Assembly: GCA_951406725.2 (NCBI GenBank)
Contig: OX597814.1
Location: 140,368,001 to 140,432,000 of the forward strand
Origin: Octopus vulgaris
Lineage: Eukaryota
Direction of reading: 5' to 3'
Length of the DNA stretch: 64,000 bases
The position numbers and the translations under genes are program-made. The notes beneath the pieces are model-generated. The model searched no databases. It was given only the letters and a program-made list of their open reading frames with translations, and had not been told where the DNA came from. Below are positions 1-17,531 of the stretch, one piece after another (within the stretch, counting starts at the first letter, position 1; the number at the start of each line of letters is the position of its first letter).

Positions 1-91
1 TGTTGATAATAGGTTTTTTTTTTCTTTACATCAAAGATCAAAATGCTAAATCATTATCATCATCTTCCTTCTTTATATATATTCTGAAATT

Positions 92-263
92 AAGGCCGCA
101 AGCTGGCAGAATTCTTAGCATGCCAGGTAAGATGCCTAGTGGCATTTTGTCCATTTTTACATTCTGGGTTCAAATTCTACTAAGGTTGACATTGCCTTTT
201 ATTTGAGCACTGGGGTCAATGTAATCAACTTAGCCCCTCCCCAGTGCCAAAATTTGAAACCAA
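92..263 (+). mobile_element. tRNA-derived SINE, family A (internally deleted copy)
   Basis: Head 'gcaagctggcagaattcttagc...gggttcaaattc' with A/B-box-like motifs, and tail 'gcactggggtcaatgtaatcaac...gtgccaaaatttgaaacc'. Matches about 12 other copies in the window. Confidence 0.8.
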
Positions 264-1456
264 TAAATATTCTGAAATTGGACAATATTAGTACAAGACT
301 TTTTTTTCTAAAGTCCTAGCTGGGAGATACAGAAAAAGAGAGAGAATGTAGTGCGAGTAATATTAATTTCTCTGAAATGATTACAATATATATTACTGAT
401 TACTTTGACTATTTACTCCTCTCTCTCTCCCCCCTATTATATCACAGTTATTTATTTTACTGATTCCCTGATGATGTATGAAATATTTACTGTGAAAGAA
501 ACTCTAACTGAAAATCAAAAGGTTTTTTTTTTCCAGTGTGGTTTAACCCAAATATCCAGGTTTTATCTAGATATTTAGCAATCTAAGAAAATTATGAAGG
601 GTTTAATTTTGAAATACATGGGCTGGAATTATTTTCAAATTTAGAAAATTTTTAGTGGATAGAAATGGAATTTTTATTCATTTTATTTGTAATTTTTAAA
701 AAATATATCTTGTAACAATTATTATTAAAACTTAACTATTTTTCTTATGCATAATAGTTTTGATTGTTTCTTTGGGTTTTGTTTTTCCCCCCTTGTAAAA
801 ACATTTGAAAAATTTGATAATGTTCAAAGCTTGGTCATCTTACTAATCACTATTCATACCTCTGAATAGAATTCTCTAGATTCTGAATTTTTCTGGCAAA
901 TTATATGTAAAACAATGAAATCACTTAAGAAAATAAGATTCAATTTGTTTTCCCAGCTAAGAACTACACACTAGAAGCAAGCACATTCTAGAATCACATT
1001 GTTATATTCCATATTACGACAGTAAATTGATTTTCACAAACTATGAATAAATGAAATCGCTAACAAACACAGACAAACATGAAAAAATGAAATTTTTGTT
1101 TTCTATAAGATTCTTATATATTTCTAAATAAAAATATTAATTCTTTTTAAATTCAAATTGTGACCTTGAAAACAGAAATGTTAAAAATTTTAATTTAATT
1201 TTTTAAAGATTTTAACGAGATGCGTTAAACATTTTAATGATAACATTAAACAAAGTGTTTATTGTCAAACATTGATCCTTACAAAAATTACACTCTTTAG
1301 CAGAAGCCAGTAAGGTGAACTAAATTTTATTCTATTCATGCTAAACAAACAGAATAACAATCCAATATTTAATGCGTATTATTAATGCTTTGATAATATT
1401 ACAATCATTTATTTTCTCAGCAAAAATACATAAAATAATAGTAATAATAATAAAAG

Positions 1457-6142
<4,686 letters not shown>

Positions 6143-7360
6143 CAAGTCAATTAAGGTTCCAGAAAGATAATTAAAGAATTATATTCAGTTCGATGTTTGT
6201 TATACTGCAGATTAATAGTTTCGAGATTTGTAATTCATAATCCTTATGTTGTAAAGGGATCGCGTGCTGCTGTCTTCTTTTTTAACAGTTGAACCATGTG
6301 ACTTTCTAACAATTAAAGAAAACCTTCCTTCAATTTATTTTCTTGGAGTATTGTAATAAAATAACACACTTAATCATTTTCTAACATGACATTATAATTA
6401 TATATTTAAAAAAAAGGATGAATTGAATTTTGTTATTTTTTAAATCTATAGAAGCATTATAAGAGATTTATGTAGGAAACAATTTAATGTTTTTATCAAT
6501 ATTTTAATCCAATGAAATTAATATATATCTATATATATATATTTTAACTGACAAACACCACAACTGCTACTGATATTCACAATTAGTACTAGATCTTTTT
6601 GTTGTTGTTTAATTTAAAAAGCACAAACTTTGTCTCATTTTCGTGGTTATATTTCTCAGTTTGTTATATTTTACTGATATATTTTAAATAATGTTACATC
6701 AAACTACTTGTTGATTGTGTCAATTCTTGCCTATGCATACATTTTTTTTTTTCTCAAAATTGTTAAATGACAAAAATGAGAAAGAAAGAAACCGCCACAA
6801 CAATCATTTAACACAATAATGTAGACTAGTTTGTACTATTAGACTTGTACATAAGCAATTGTAGTATTAGACTTGTACATAAGCAATTAACACTCATTGA
6901 TTCTATTTATCTAAGGTATTTTTATATATGTAATTTTTAATGTTGTCACAGAAATTTTGTAATGTCTAAACATGAAAAGATTGTTATCTTTCACAGGTAA
7001 TAATCCTACAATCAATCATGGGGGAAAATATTTTTTTAAAAGAAATGTCACTGAATCAGTATCCAACTCAGCCAACAGATTTAAATCTTTGCCATGAGAG
7101 AATGCATTGACAAGGGAGATAACCAACAAAACCTAAGGCACCAGTATCATTTATTTTCACCTCACACATAACTCACTACTACTAGTTAACTTTTAGTAAG
7201 ATGCATGTTTAGGGTATCCAACTTTATTTATTCAAGAAATATATTTTAACACTCTGAAAGACTTTCTTTGAACCTTTATATATGAACAAAACAAAATTCA
7301 TACTTTGATTTTTTTTTCACCAACTTACTAAGTATTATTGTTAATATTATTATCATTATT

Positions 7361-7805
7361 AAGGCAGAAATCTAGCAGAATCGTTAGCACACTGGCAAAA
7401 TGCTTAGCAGCATTTCATGTCTTCACAATCTGAGTTAAAATTTCGCCAAGGTCGATTTTACCTTTCATCCTTTCGGGGTTGATAAAGTAAGTACCAGTTA
7501 AGTTACTGGGGTTGATGCAATCGACTTACCCACTCCCCAAAAGTGCTGGTCTTGTGCCAAAATTTGAAATCAATATCATTATTATTAAGATGGCAAGCTG
7601 GCAGAATCTATAGCACACTGGATGAAATGCTTAGTGGTATTTCGCCCATTGCTATGTTCTGAGTTCAAATTCCACCGAGGTCGACTTTGCCTTTTATCCT
7701 TTCAGGGTTGATAAATTAGGTACCAGTGAAGCACTGCAGTCGATGTAATCAACTAGACACCTTCCCCAAAATTTCAGGCCTTGTGCCTTTAGTAGAAAGG
7801 ATTAT
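7361..7805 (+). mobile_element. Two tandem family-A tRNA-derived SINEs (~7361-7575, ~7588-7805)
   Basis: Each has 'gcagaatc.ttagcac...gagttcaaattc..ccgaggtcgactttgcctttcatcctttcggggttgataaa..agtaccag' and an (ATT)n tail. The central segment resembles the Nin/Deu-type conserved SINE domain. Confidence 0.85.
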
Positions 7806-9129
7806 TATTACACAATTTAAGATTTTGTACCAATCTGTTTTTTAAAAAAATTCCTTTCCACTTTCCTGCCTCCGCAAAAATCACACCAATAATATCTGGT
7901 CATGAGAATTCTAGAACACAGAGATATATTGCAGTATCAGTGACCAAAGCGTTTGTCAAAAGGGTTAAAATAATTTTTTTAACTGTGAAAAATTAAAAAA
8001 CATTAGTGTGTGCAGTGTGTGTTTAATTAACCAATATGACTAATTAAAATACAATATTTCTCTAAATCTTTGAGGAACTATTCCAAGTGCTGATAACTTC
8101 AGTGGAATGAACTTTGATTATGGAGTTTAAAAATAAATAAATAAACAAGACACGTTTCACCTAAATCATTAAGAAAACAATGCTAATATTCTCCCCAGTC
8201 TGCCATCTATCTCACTCGTATATCTTTAGATAAGTCTGTCTCATTCTCAAAATGCTGATAATACAGATTAACTCCCTTCACCATAACAGCACTGTAACAT
8301 ACTGCCTTCCCCTTCACACACAACTTACTAAGTTTTTCTCTAGCGTTAAATAACAATTGAAGCAGAATTCAGAACATACATATTATTTATTGAAGTAAAT
8401 ATTTCATTTAGAAATTTTAGTACAAAAGTTGCTTTGTATATCTGTTCTTAGTCTATTCTTTATTCATAGGTTAGAAAAAATAAAATGTTATTGTCAACCT
8501 TTAAAATAAAAGTCAAGTTTTTGGAACAATCTGGCTTTTTTTTTTTTTATGTAAGACTTAGGTATGGTAGAATAGTTATAAAGTGGTTACAGGTTCAACT
8601 CCGTTGTATGGCACCTTGAGCAAGTGTCTTCTGCCAATGCCACAAAGCAACTGAAACTTTGTGAAATTTTGTAAACAGAAATGCTAAATGATTAGAGGTT
8701 TATTTCAGGGAGGGTTGGCAGAATTGGTTTGTTGAAGAAAAAAAGATATTTTGTGGTATTTGTATTCATACAAGATATTTTCGTTTTGTCTCAAGTTCAA
8801 CTTAATCTTTCATCCCTTACAAGACTGATAAAATAGTTCCAGACAGAGACATTCGACTAGGAACACTGAAGGCAGGGGCCTGCAGGAATACAATCCATTT
8901 ACTGAAACCAGTAAAATAAAAGAAATAAGTTATTCATCCAGATCCTCAAATAGATAGACAGACACATACATACATGCATACATATATACACACATACATG
9001 TATACACACATGCACTAACATATAATACCATTTGTATTGTTTTAAAATATGTATTTTTTCACACACATAACAATGTATGTGTGTGCGTGTATGTTTATAT
9101 ATTATATATATATATATATATAACAGATG

Positions 9130-9163
<34 letters not shown>

Positions 9164-9357
9164 ACAGATGTATGTATATATATATATTTATATATATTTA
9201 TATATAACAGATGTATGTATATATATATATATATATATATATAGATTGATAGATAGATATTATAAATAAGCCACTATCTAAAAAATCATTCCTAGTTATA
9301 GTTGCTTCTTTTTCATTGGGAAGGTATTAATGTTATAATATCCTGTTTCAAATGTTA

Positions 9358-9432
<75 letters not shown>

Positions 9433-9707
9433 CTGGTGCTGGTAACATTTGCTGGAAGAGTTTCTATTTAAATGCTGTTATTAGTCAAGACAAATTCCCC
9501 GACAATATGACTGAATTTTCTTTTTATATTTTATTAATCTTCAGAAGCAACTAGTAAAATGTCGATTGCAATCATAAATGACTTTGTCAAATTTTTCTGC
9601 CACAACTTGATAGTTATATTTCTAAACAAATGAAGGAATTAGACCTTCAGAAGAAATGTTACCTTGAAACTGACAATTTTATATAATTATTTATGTAGTT
9701 TTTATGA

Positions 9708-9925
9708 AGGTGGCGAGCTAACAGAATTATTAGAATATTGGGGGGGGGGGGGAATGCTCTTGACAGTATTTCTTCCAGTTCTTTAGATTCTGAGCTCAAA
9801 TTCCACTTAGGTCAACTTTGCCTTTCATCCTTTTGAGGTCGATGAAATAAAGTACCAGTGAAGTACTGGGGTCTATAAAATTGACTAATCCTCCCTCTCC
9901 CACAAAAATTCTGGCCTTGGGCCTA
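9708..9925 (+). mobile_element. Family-A SINE, diverged
   Basis: 'aggtggcgagctaacagaatt...gtcaactttgcctttcatccttttgaggtcgatgaaataaagtaccag'. Confidence 0.8.
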
Positions 9926-10903
9926 AATTATAAACAGTTATGTAGCTTCTTACAAAACTCAACAGTTACACCTTTCAAAGTTTGGTTGTTTTTGTTTTTT
10001 GTTTGTTTTTTAAATAAATGTTTGTATTTCAATAAGAAAATGAAAATAAACTGTACAAATTAGATGGCATATAAGGACCTACAGATTCTCCCATTTACCT
10101 TACAAGTAAAAGCCAATGCCTGATATTTTAAGACATACAAAGGTAACATTTATCTGTTAATTAAATGTTGCATTCTTTTTTATTCATTTTTTTCATCGTT
10201 GTTGCCTTTATTTTTTTTTTTTTTGATTGATTCTGACAAATGATTATTATAATGTAGCTGAAAGCAAAACAAAAACAAAAAACAATGAGATGAAAATTTA
10301 TTACTGTATAACTGAATCAATGAGAAAACAATAATTTGAGAGAGAGAGAGAGAATGGTGTTATTTTGTTATAGCATGGGAACTTGTATTTTTACATCCCA
10401 GAAACATTTTCGTATAGTTATTTCATCAGCTATTTAACACAAATAATATTATTGATGACAATAAAAACTTTTTTATGTAAATTTATTTTGTGTCTGTCTT
10501 CTACTGTGGCCATGGGCTGACCAAGGCCTTGCAAATGGATTTGATAAACAATAACTGTTAAAATGAAAGATTCAAAAAAAGAAACCCCACAAAGAGGGAG
10601 TGGAAAAACAACTCATGGAAAATAGAAGAAATCTTTAATGTTTTTGAGCTTATGCTCCTCCTCCTCTTCCTCTTCCTCTTCTTGATTTAATGTCCATTTT
10701 CTATGCTGGCATGGATTGGACAGTTTGAGACTGGCAAAACATGTTTTACCAGTGAGCTGTTTGTTTTCATTACCTGAAGGAAGAGGGAAAATAATGCTTT
10801 GATGACAAGAAGAACATCTGGCAGTAGAAAATCTGCTTCAATAAACTCCATCCAATCCAAGAAAGCATAAAAAAGTGGACATGATGACGATGATGATTTA
10901 TGA

Positions 10904-10923
10904 CTAGTGTAGAAAATCATAAT
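10904..10923 (-). CDS. Candidate terminal coding exon of the death-fold-like gene (..DYDFLH*)
   Basis: Strong acceptor 'tttttttttttttatttcag|AT'. A phase-1 join to the 12451-12708 exon gives G|AT TAT GAT TTT CTA CAC TAG. No transcript evidence is available. Confidence 0.45.
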
Positions 10924-11249
10924 CTGAAATAAAAAAAAAAAAGCAGTTTTTAAGTTCCGTGGGAAATTAATTGGCAAAGAGGAAAATAGTAATGAATATT
11001 TCCACAACACATTATTCAACAGAATCAACATTAACAATTGACTGTCATGCCAAAGTATAGAAGGATATACCAGTGCAGTTCGCTGCCTTAGCAAAGAAAT
11101 GAAACATTTGTTAGTTGTACAGGACTGCATTCTTGTGGCTGTCATGATCTTATGTCAGCCAATGCTTTGTGAGTGAAATTTGGTGTAGAGAAACTGCACA
11201 GAAGCTCATGTGATTTATATATCTATTTTTTGATGATTTATATCAGATT

Positions 11250-11457
11250 CAAATTTGGGCAAAAAGCCAGCCAGTTTGAGGGAGGTAATAAGTCAGTTAC
11301 ATCGACCCCAGTGCTCAACTAGTACTTATTTTATTGGCCTTGAAAGGATAACTGGCAAAGTCGACCGCAGCAAAATTTGAACTCAGAACATAAATATGGG
11401 CAAAATTCTGCAAGCATTTTGCCTGTCATGCTAACAATTCTGCCAGCTCACCATCCT
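11250..11457 (-). mobile_element. Family-A SINE
   Basis: Reverse complement of the family-A consensus ('ggcaaagtcgacc...atttgaactcagaac...tgctaacaattctgccagctcacc'). Confidence 0.8.
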
Positions 11458-11959
11458 GTAACAAGGGTTACAGGAAAAGTGCCCAAAAGAGATGCAAATT
11501 TTTCAACAAAGAGTAAATGTGAATAAAAATATAGATTTGTAACAGAACGAGTCACCTTTTTTAGGAGTTATCAACCCATGAAAGGTGAAGTCAATAAAAA
11601 ATAGGATTTGAACTAAAAAGGTAAAAAAAGAAGTGAAAGGACAAAGTAGCTATATATTATAGAATTTAGTCTGATACGCCATCATTTCTGCTCGTTTATT
11701 TCCCTGCTTTAGGTTTTGCGGGAAATAAAGTGGCAGAGAGAAAAATAGCAATCAATATTTCCATGATATTACTTCACTGAATCAATACCAACAATTGGCT
11801 GTCCAGCCAAAGTATCAGGATTTTCTCAAGAAGGATATACCTTCTTAAAATAACTGTCTTAGTTGTAAGATATCTTTGCTAAATAACATTTCTTTTTACT
11901 AGCCCCTTAATAGAGAGAAGATTTCCTTTCCTTCCAACCACAAAGAAATAATCTCTCCA

Positions 11960-12330
11960 GCCATCTTCATCATCTGTTTATGTTTATTCCTGTGAGGGTG
12001 GTGAGAGCAGAATCCTTGGACATTCTTTACAGAGGTTCTTATAAGAAGCAACTGTCAGCAAAGGATTCAGCTGGATCCCCAAGAAAGATCAGTCATGGCA
12101 AGACCAACCAACTCCCTTACGGTCTCCCTACCTCTCTACCTCTAGATTTCCTGTCAGTTAGTCCCATCTGTAAAATCAGTCAAGCAATTCTTTCTCCAGA
12201 CATTCTAACCACATGTCCATAATAACAGAGCTGTAACCTCCAAATATGGAGAAGTAGCAGCTTAACCTGGAGTGACTACCTCATCTCTGAACTATGCACT
12301 CTAGTAGCTCTGTAGAGGAAATCCTGACTT
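11960..12330 (-). mobile_element. Old RTE-clade LINE 3' fragment
   Basis: The minus strand encodes a decayed 'RLQLCYYGHVVRMSGERIA*..RKSRGREVGRP*GSW', the RTE C-terminal GHV.RM...GRP..W motif, and ends in a gatgatgaagatg tail. Confidence 0.7.
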
Positions 12331-12450
12331 CTATTTGCAATTGTATTTTTTCAGTCACTGCCCAAGAAATAATTCCAGACCTTGATCAAGGAAGAAAAAA
12401 TTCACTAATTTTAATTATTACTGATTTTAAAAGAAATTTAATTTTGTTAC

Positions 12451-12708
12451 CATTTTGTAGATGATCAGCTTGCTTATTAAACCCACTGGCCCTCAAAGCT
12501 TCTATTAAGTGATAGTGTATAGCTTTTTCGTCATTCTTTAAAAATTGCTTTTCAGTTATCCAATCCATCAAAGCTGTAATAAATGTCGTTTTATCAGCAA
12601 ATTTATGTTCTTTAAAAATATGGTTTGCAAAAATTTTCAACTCTTGGTTGCTAAGTACTTCTTTCTTTTCACTATTGAAGAAATAGGTCATATATGTTCT
12701 ATTCAGAC
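12451..12708 (-). CDS. Internal coding exon (258 nt, phase 1-1), death-domain-like
   Basis: Acceptor 'tttcttttatatag|GT' and donor 'AATG|gtaaca'. Open 86 codons of non-repetitive sequence: ...LSNQELKIFANHI...FITALMDWITEKQ...HLIEALRASGFNKQADHL, which resembles the death-domain pattern L..W.....L..AL...G....A..L. Confidence 0.7.
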
Positions 12709-13429
12709 CTATATAAAAGAAACACAATATTAGAAATGAATGTCTATGTAGAATTACTGTATGAATAAATGAGTACACAATGTGAGTATGTTAAGCTTGA
12801 TTTACATATTGAATACCATTACCATGGATCTAGCTTATGTTCTGATCAAATACAAGATAAATCCACAAGAGATGAATCTAAAAAGTATAGTTTTCTATTA
12901 TAGAGAAACTAATTTAGTTCACTGCTGCCTGTACCACTTCCACCACCATCAAAAGAAAATGTATAACTATCACTCAAAAGTGAATATTTCCTGGAGGCAT
13001 GTACCATGCTTTTTCCAGTTGTTTTAGGTTCCTATATAATTACAAGCAGACATAAAACACCTACTCTCAGCTTGCCCAAGCATAACCCAATAAAACATTG
13101 GGGATATGACAATTGAAGGAAGAGACGTGTCTGTAACAGCACTTGGCTGGTACTCTTTTTCAGCTGAGTAAACTGGAATGACATGAAATGAAGCATCTTA
13201 CTCAAGGATTTTCTGGTCCAAGAATCAAATTCACCATGAGTCCAACATCCTAAGCAGTGCAGTTGTCAGATTAATTCATTTGTTTTGTTTTTCCATTTAT
13301 TTTAATCACCTCCAATGTTATTTGAATTAACATGAAAAATATTTTAATCATAGTGTTTTATTTATCATAGTTCTGTCCCTTTTATTTATCACTTTTGAAA
13401 TTTGAACAAATTTGACCTCTTTTAAGACA

Positions 13430-13630
13430 TACAAGGATCGGCTGAAAAGTTCATATGCTGGAGCATTTGAGGTGCAGGAGTGGCTGCATGGTAAGTAGCT
13501 TGTTTACCAACCACATGGTCCGGTTCAGTCCCACTGTGTGCACCTTGGGCAAGTGTCTTCTACTATAGCCTGGGCCGACCAAGCCTTGTGAGTGGATTTG
13601 GTAGATGAAAACTGAAAGAAGCACGTCATA

Positions 13631-13690
<60 letters not shown>

Positions 13691-13876
13691 TATGACGTGC
13701 TTCTTTCAGTTTTCATCTACCAAATCCACTCACAAGGCTTTGGTCGGCCCGAGGCTATAGTAGAAGACACTTGCCCAAGGTGCCACACAGTGGGACTGAA
13801 CCCGGAACCATGTGGTTGGTAAACAAGCTACTTACCATGCAGCCACTCCTGCACCTCAAATGCTCCAGCATATGAA

Positions 13877-13927
<51 letters not shown>

Positions 13928-15413
13928 GCGTGTGTGTGTTTGTGTGTCTGTGTCTGTCCCTCTAGCATTGCTTGACAACCGATGCTGGTGTTTATGTCCC
14001 CGTTACTTAGCGGTTTGGCAAAAGAGACCGATAGAATAAGTACTGGGCTTACAAAAGAATAAGTCCCGGGGTCAAGTTGCTCGATTAAAGGCGGTGCTCC
14101 AGCATGGCCGCAGTCAAATGACTGAAACAAGTAAAAGAGAAAAAGAGAGTAAGAGTGACCAAGATTCTCTCACGGAATGTGATCAAATGAGGTTTATTTT
14201 TCAACTTAGTCCCTCTTGCAGTCCACAGAGTTCTTCCATCAGTATTGCAGTGCTTGAATCCCATTGGTGAAGAAGCTTTCATCCTGTTTATTAAAAAAGT
14301 CATCAACAGCAGATATGATGTCATCATCATTGTGATACTGGTTCCCAGCCAAGTGTTTTTTTTTTCATTTGAGAGAACAGACGATAGACATATGGAGCCA
14401 AATCAGGAGAACAGAGAGGATGATTAACCAGTTCAAAGCTACAGTCATGCACAGCAGCCATTGATATGAAGGACTTGTGTGCTGGAACACTATCCCGATG
14501 AAACGAGACCCCTTTCATCAGTTTTTTTTGAGTGTTTGGTCTTGATAGCCTTTCATAACTGCTCCAGTAAGTTGGCATAAAACTCTCCATTGAGAGTGTG
14601 GCTCTTTTGAAGATCGTCAGTAAACACAATGCCTTTTGCATCCCAAAAAACTGAGGCCATGATGAAACTACAGATGAAACAAGCTTGGCTATGTTTGGAG
14701 CATTTGAGGAGGGGTGTTTCCATTGCATGGACTGTCTCTTTGTCTCTGGCTCAAAAATGATGAAGCCAACACTCATTCTGGGTTAGAAAATGTTCAAGGA
14801 AACCAGCTGGATCTGCTTCAAACAACGTCAGATTTTTGTGTGATTTGATCAGCCTAGTGCATTTTTGATCAAGTATCAGAAAACATGGCATCCACCAAGC
14901 AAAAAAATCTTCATTATGCCAATTCCATTGTGCAGAATATTCTCCACTCTCAATAGTATTGGCTATTTGATTTCTATTCAAATGCCTGTCAGCCATCACC
15001 ATGTGGTGAACATGATCAATGTTTTCAAAAGTGGTGGTAATTGCAGGACATACAGAACTTAGGACACACTCAAGACTCTTCCTGCCCCTCCTAAATTCAG
15101 CTGCCCACTTTTGCACTGTTGATAAATCTGGAGCATCATTGCCTAATGTAGCAACCATGTCAGCATGAATATCCTTTGCGGTTAAACCCTATTTCTGCAG
15201 GTACAGCACCATGATCCCAAATTTTGTCTATTTTCAAGAGAAGTCACTACTATTTACTTCTGAAGTCTTCTCTCAACAGTCAGGTGTCAGTTTACTTGGA
15301 AAGAAAACAATAATGCAGTTATTAATAAGAGTTGTAATTGATGCATACAAGATTTCACAACTCTAGCATCACTTCTTCATAGTCAAACTATAAACTTTTC
15401 AACTCACCTCATA
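13430..15413 (-). mobile_element. Decayed full-length mariner (Tc1/mariner) transposon, interrupted by a SINE in one TIR
   Basis: Frameshifted transposase ORFs 14751-15158 and 14327-14776 (STVQKWAAEFRRGR, WMPCFL ~ WVPxxL, QNECWLHHF, EPETKRQSMQW, HPLCSPDLAP). Degenerate TIRs 'tacaaggatcggctgaaaagttcata' and 'tataaacttttcaactcacctcata', with TA at both ends. Confidence 0.9.
13473..14152 (+). mobile_element. Family-B tRNA-derived SINE (CORE-like 'accttgggcaagt', internal microsatellite) with inverted duplication of its 5' half
   Basis: Head 'gcaggagtggctg..tggtaagtagc...ggttcagtccc'. The 3' half is at 13930-14152 and ends 'gactgaaacaagtaaaagag'. 13447-13650 is mirrored at 13675-13879. Confidence 0.9.
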
Positions 15414-15902
15414 TAACAATGATGTGTCAAGTAGGTAAAAATGAACAAATTTATCTGACAATCCAATAAAATGGGCCTAATTCAAATATTTTTTTCAGCA
15501 TCAAATTTGTAAAAATTATAATTGCAAAAAAAAAAAATAAATAAAAGAATACGTATAAATTCAGAATCAGCAAATTTACCCTATGAATGTTTGAAATTTA
15601 CCCCCTCAGAGTAAATTTACGACAGTCTAGAAAACAACATTTCTAATGGAAGCTTTGCAGAGAAAACTGCAACATATCTGTTACCCAATATATCAATTGT
15701 GTTGCTTTTCAACAACACACAGAAATAGCGACCATGTCTCTTCTATATCTCCTAAGTAAATTGTGTAAAATTTGTTCTTTGTTGATGAGATCTACCTGTG
15801 AATATATCAATATACATTATTAAAGAATTTGTTTCATAACTGGATATACTTTCCTTTGCTTCTCTCCTACTTCTCCTCTCTCTCTCTCCTTCTCTCTAAT
15901 GC

Positions 15903-16725
15903 ACAGTTAACTGAGAATAGTTTTTATTTAACTAAGGCTAGTGTTCAATTAACTGGGATTAGTATGTCATTAACTGAAAATACTATTCAGTTAACTGAGG
16001 TCAGTGAGCAGTAGTTAATTGGGAGTAGTGTAAAGTTAAATGAATGTGTATATTGCTTAAGTGAGGGTGGTATATAGTTTAACTTAGAGTGGTAGTTAAC
16101 TGAGAATGTGTACACTATTAACCAAGTGTGATTATAAAGTTAACTCAGAGCAATATACAGTTAAGTGAGTGTATATATAGACAAGTGAGAGTGATACAGA
16201 GTTTAACTGAGAGTGAAGTACAGTTAATTGAGGGTGTGTATGCAGTTGATTGTATACAATCTACAGTTAACTGAGAGTGTGTATACAGTTGATTGTATAC
16301 AATCTACAGTTAACTGAGGGTGTGTATACAGTTGATTGTATACAATCTACAGTTAACTGAGGGTGTGTATACAGTTGATTGTATACAATCTACAGTTAAC
16401 TGAGGGTGTGTATACAGTTGATTGTATACAATCTACAGTTAACTGAGGGTGTGTATACAGTTGATTGTATACAATCTACAGTTAACTGAGGGTGTGTATA
16501 CAGTTGATTGTATACAATCTACAGTTAACTGAGGGTGTGTATACAGTTGATTGTATACAATCTACAGTTAACTGAGGGTGTGTATACAGTTGATAGTATA
16601 CAATCTACAGTTAACTGAGGGTGTGCATACAGTTGATTGTATACGACCTATAGTTAACACAACCTGGTGTGTATACAGTCTAACTAAGGGTATATATACA
16701 GCTTAACTAAGAGTGTGTAAACAGT
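15903..16725. repeat. Minisatellite: diverged ~21-22-bp array containing a homogeneous 43-bp higher-order repeat (16243-16658, ~9.7 copies)
   Basis: Unit cagttgattgtatacaatctacagttaactgagggtgtgtata recurs every 43 bp (e.g. starts at 16243 and 16501). The flanks are degenerate 'cagttaactgagagtg..tata' monomers. Confidence 0.95.
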
Positions 16726-16991
16726 AACCAATTCAGACACCACAATGGTTAAGATTTAAGACATTGGAGTGCAAATATAACTCAAAAATGAGCCAATTAT
16801 TACAAACTTTTCATGGATGAAGTCTGTCTTTCCAACAGATTAACTTTCTTTTTAACTGTGACTTATTCACTTTGCAACCACAAGGTCCTGAGTTAAATCC
16901 TATTGTGTAGCATTTTTAGCAGGTGTCATTTTCTATAACTTCAGGTTTTATCCATATATTGAGTGAAACTGGGTGAAGAGAAACTGTAGAG

Positions 16992-17497
16992 CAGTGTTTC
17001 TCAACCAGGGTTCCCTGAAACCCTAGGGTTCTGCAAAAAGTTCCTGGGGGTTCCATGAGAAAAAGTGAGATAAGCTAATGCTAATTTCATGATCATAATA
17101 TTACTATACATGCGCAACATATTATTGGTTATTGTAACATTGTAATATAGACACCATCCTATCTAACCTATTATGTTATAAAAAAATATAACAACCATAA
17201 ATATATATATATTATCATCATCATCATCATCATCGTTTAACGTCCGCTTTCCATGCAAAGCATGGGTTGGACGATTTGAGTGAGGTCTGGCAAACCAGAT
17301 GGCTGCACCAGACTCCAATCTGATCTGGCAGGGTTTCTACAGCTGGATGCCCTTCTTAACACCAACCACTCTGAGAGTGTAGTGGGTGCTTTTACGTGCC
17401 ACTGGCATGAGGGCCAGTCAGGCGGTACTGGCAATGGGCACGCTCAAATGGTGCTTTTTATGTGCAACCTGCACAGAAGCCAATCCAGCAGCACTGG

Positions 17498-17531
<34 letters not shown>

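Noticed and set aside
6997-7135. Short open frames with possible splice acceptors on both strands
   Set aside because: There is no recognisable motif or partner exon, and several frames are equally open.
9541-9621. Possible minus-strand terminal exon KYNYQVVAEKFDKVIYDCNRHFTSCF* followed by AATAAA
   Set aside because: It needs a phase-0 join, but the upstream exon ends in phase 1 and no bridging exon was found. It could still be 3' UTR or an alternative end.
10398-10435. CTGATGA...GAAA on the minus strand
   Set aside because: Stem II does not pair; likely chance in AT-rich DNA.
11840-11975. Apparent exon MMKMAGEIISLWLEGK
   Set aside because: The start is the (GAT)n tail of an old RTE fragment, and the frame stops quickly.
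16243-16658. CRISPR-like appearance of palindromic repeats
   Set aside because: The units are head-to-tail with no unique spacers, there are no cas genes, and the context is eukaryotic.
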